A stretch of 64,000 nucleotides of DNA from Amphiscolops sp. MND2022. Lineage: Eukaryota. The notes below the pieces were generated by a model. It was not told where the DNA came from, did no database searches, and saw only the letters and a list, made by a program, of their open reading frames with translations. The stretch lies in contig OZ076409.1 of the NCBI GenBank assembly GCA_964187785.1, positions 25,112,001 to 25,176,000 of the forward strand. Reading direction: 5' to 3'. Both the position numbers and the translations under genes were made by a program. Below, piece after piece: positions 61,421 to 64,000 of this stretch (its first letter is position 1; every line of letters starts with the position of its first letter).

Positions 61421-64000
61421 ATTCGGTTGCTGCATAATTGATTCTCAGGGCAAAGATTTATATACATAGATTAATATGAAAATTTTGTAGTGTCGCTGCG
61501 TCCCTGGATGAATTTTTCTTTGTCGTGTTTAAAATATTTGCTTCATTTCCGGCATGTAACGCTTTTCTATGGAGCAGGCATCTTCCATGCTGCTTCTCAA
61601 ACCCCTCTTCTCGTTGAAATTTTCCATTTTTTTGATTACGACTAAGGATTAGTTTCTTTTATGCCCCTGATGGCTTATAATTTGAGTTTTATGTCAATTA
61701 TTTTGATAATTTTTCTTTTTTCATGTGCTTTCATGGGTTTTTCGGCACTGTGCGACTTACAAAAAATATACTCCAAACTTTTTTTTCATGCAAGTTCCAG
61801 AAGTTTTCTGATAGGGAAGCCAATTTCCGAGTTCGGAAGGACCTCTCTGATTGAAAATGACCTCTGTGGGACTGACGAGAGTCTTCTCAATAACTATGAA
61901 TACCTTATTAAGCTCTGCAACTTCTTACGAAATATTTTTTCTCGTTTCACTACAGACTCGATGCTTCGTTAATTTTCAAGTTTTCTGTTTATTAAACGCG
62001 TTTTCTGAGCCTAAAGGGTCACTCTTTTGGGAATTTTGGTACTGTGTGACTTTTTTCGAACCAAAACGTTACGCAAAAAAATTACAATATCGGATTTCTG
62101 TGATTTTTTTTATATAAGCAACGATTTTTTAACCCTGAAAGCTTCACCCTTGGAAATTTTCAGTTGTAACCGTAGAGGAAAAATATCGCAGTGACTCTGC
62201 GCCTCTTGTATTTCTCACGTTCCAGCGAAACTTCAGTGATCAGCTTGTATCAGCTAGTATCTATTGAAAGTCGCGTACGTTTCCTATACTTAATTTCCTA
62301 TGAAAAAGGATGCCAAACAGCTAACTGTCTCGTCGGACGGTTCACAAAAAGAACCGTCATTGCATAAAATTCCCATTTTTTTGTTTTTGGAGCTATTCAG
62401 GGCGTTTTTATTGAAATTCTCCGTCGAAATTTTGCCATTTAACTCTCTGGTTATTTATACTCGAGAAGTTGAATTTACTGAAAATTGTCAAGAGTTTTTC
62501 ATTAATAACGATGGTCGCCAAAAATTTCAACAATTTTGTTGTTATGCTGCTTTATAGCACGTTTGAAAAGGTTCAGATATCTCCGGAAACCCATAGGCTA
62601 CCTAAAACGTTGGCACACTTTAATTCTGTGGAAGAATCTCTCTCTTCTGAGTAAAAATTGAAAATGGCATAATTCAAGAAAAATCGCGGCTAAGAGGTTA
62701 ATTCTCTTCTCCTATTTGGAACATGAGCGGAAATTTAACAAGAGTCGATCAATTTTTAATTGCATCGTTTAATGGGTTTTTGGGCTAATTTGAGTGTGAT
62801 ATTCTCTGAGAAGGAAGTGGATTTCAGAGGGAAGCAATCATCATAATCACAAAAACTTGACCGAAAATGGAATGACAGCAAGAATTTCACTTAGCTGACT
62901 AGCAACAAGAAAGTGCATTAATACCGCAGTTTTATTGGATATCGTAATAAAAGAAAACGGGTGAGATCGAACACAGGCTAACGGTAATGAAAGACGGAAC
63001 AATTCGAAAGGATGATTTTGCATTTGTATGAATAATTTCTGTTGCTGTTGCCTGTGGGAACGTATTTAGCACTTTTAGTTTTTTTGGAGTTTTACAATTG
63101 CATCTATTTTCTTTCTGATGGAAATCAAGTCAGAGAAAATAAAAGTGCAACTCTAAGAATTTGTTTTAAAAAGGCGTTTCTATGAGGTATACTCCAGAAA
63201 TTGCTGAGTAAATCCGAGGAAAAAAGGGAAATTATTGAGATGATCGCGGTACTTTTTTTCGGTCTCTTGACACATTGTTGTTTTTGCTATTCATCACGGA
63301 CGAGAGATTAACCCTTTTTTTAAGTATAGTAGACACAACTGAGATTAAGCGATAAAGTTTGATACTATTCGTGCCAAGAAATGATCACTTGAACAAGAGT
63401 TGAAAGAGGTGCCATGTTTAACATTCCAATTGATCTACGCAATAATACATGATATCATCCCTTTTTTCGTCACTACAAATCAATGGTGACGCAAATTTTT
63501 GCAATATATTTATTAATTTATATTATAGTTGATAATGAGCCGACTACAAGTATCGAGAATTTTTTCACAATCGCGATCTACAAGAAGGCAACGGAAGAAG
63601 CTCAGTGCTAGTGAATTTCGTAACACATTAAGACACTTGCTGCAAAATGGAATGAATTACAATATTTTTCAATTGTATCTGCTTCAAAGCAACTCATAAA
63701 ACCCAGAAGCCAAATTATAGTCAAAAAAGAAAGAGCAAGAGGCGTGAATAAAATGCTTTGATCTTATTATCACAAAAATTAAAAGTCGGATTACCAAGAC
63801 TTACGGCATTCTTTCCAGGTAACTGTGCTGTAATTTACTTTTTCGTTCTTTTCTGACATTTCTCGACTAAATTTTTCCAATGGAATTTCCCATTAGAAAA
63901 GTAACCAGAATGAACCTTCTTTGAAATTAAGCAAAAAAGCACTGGTTGTCAGGGGAATGGAAGATGCGGACATATCGCGTCATTTTTGGAGAGCTTTTTT

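Noticed and set aside
62900..64000. Possible host gene exons at the window end
   Set aside because: No ORF of useful length or consistent splice pattern.

Overview
AT-rich, repeat-saturated eukaryotic (probably invertebrate animal) DNA with no convincing host gene. The centrepiece is a young, structurally complete 15.25-kb Ty3/Gypsy LTR retrotransposon on the minus strand (16572-31824), with 1529-bp LTRs differing at about 3 positions by eye, a TGTAA target-site duplication, PBS and PPT. Its organisation is unusual in four ways. (1) Gag starts about 550 nt inside the 5' LTR and reads through the PBS. (2) Pol (PR, dUTPase-like, RT, RH, IN) appears to be reached by a -1 frameshift. (3) A 6-kb accessory region holds an ANTISENSE, intron-containing gene of about 1150 aa with a BED-like zinc finger and what looks like a catalytically dead hAT-transposase fold. 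(4) A further sense ORF runs through the PPT and ends in the 3' LTR. The rest of the window holds a decayed Mag-like Gypsy element, a 2.4-kb tandem duplication, two hAT elements, two Helentron/DINE-1-like non-autonomous families, tRNA-derived SINEs, decayed LINEs, MITEs and palindromes. All calls were made by eye, with no database searches.
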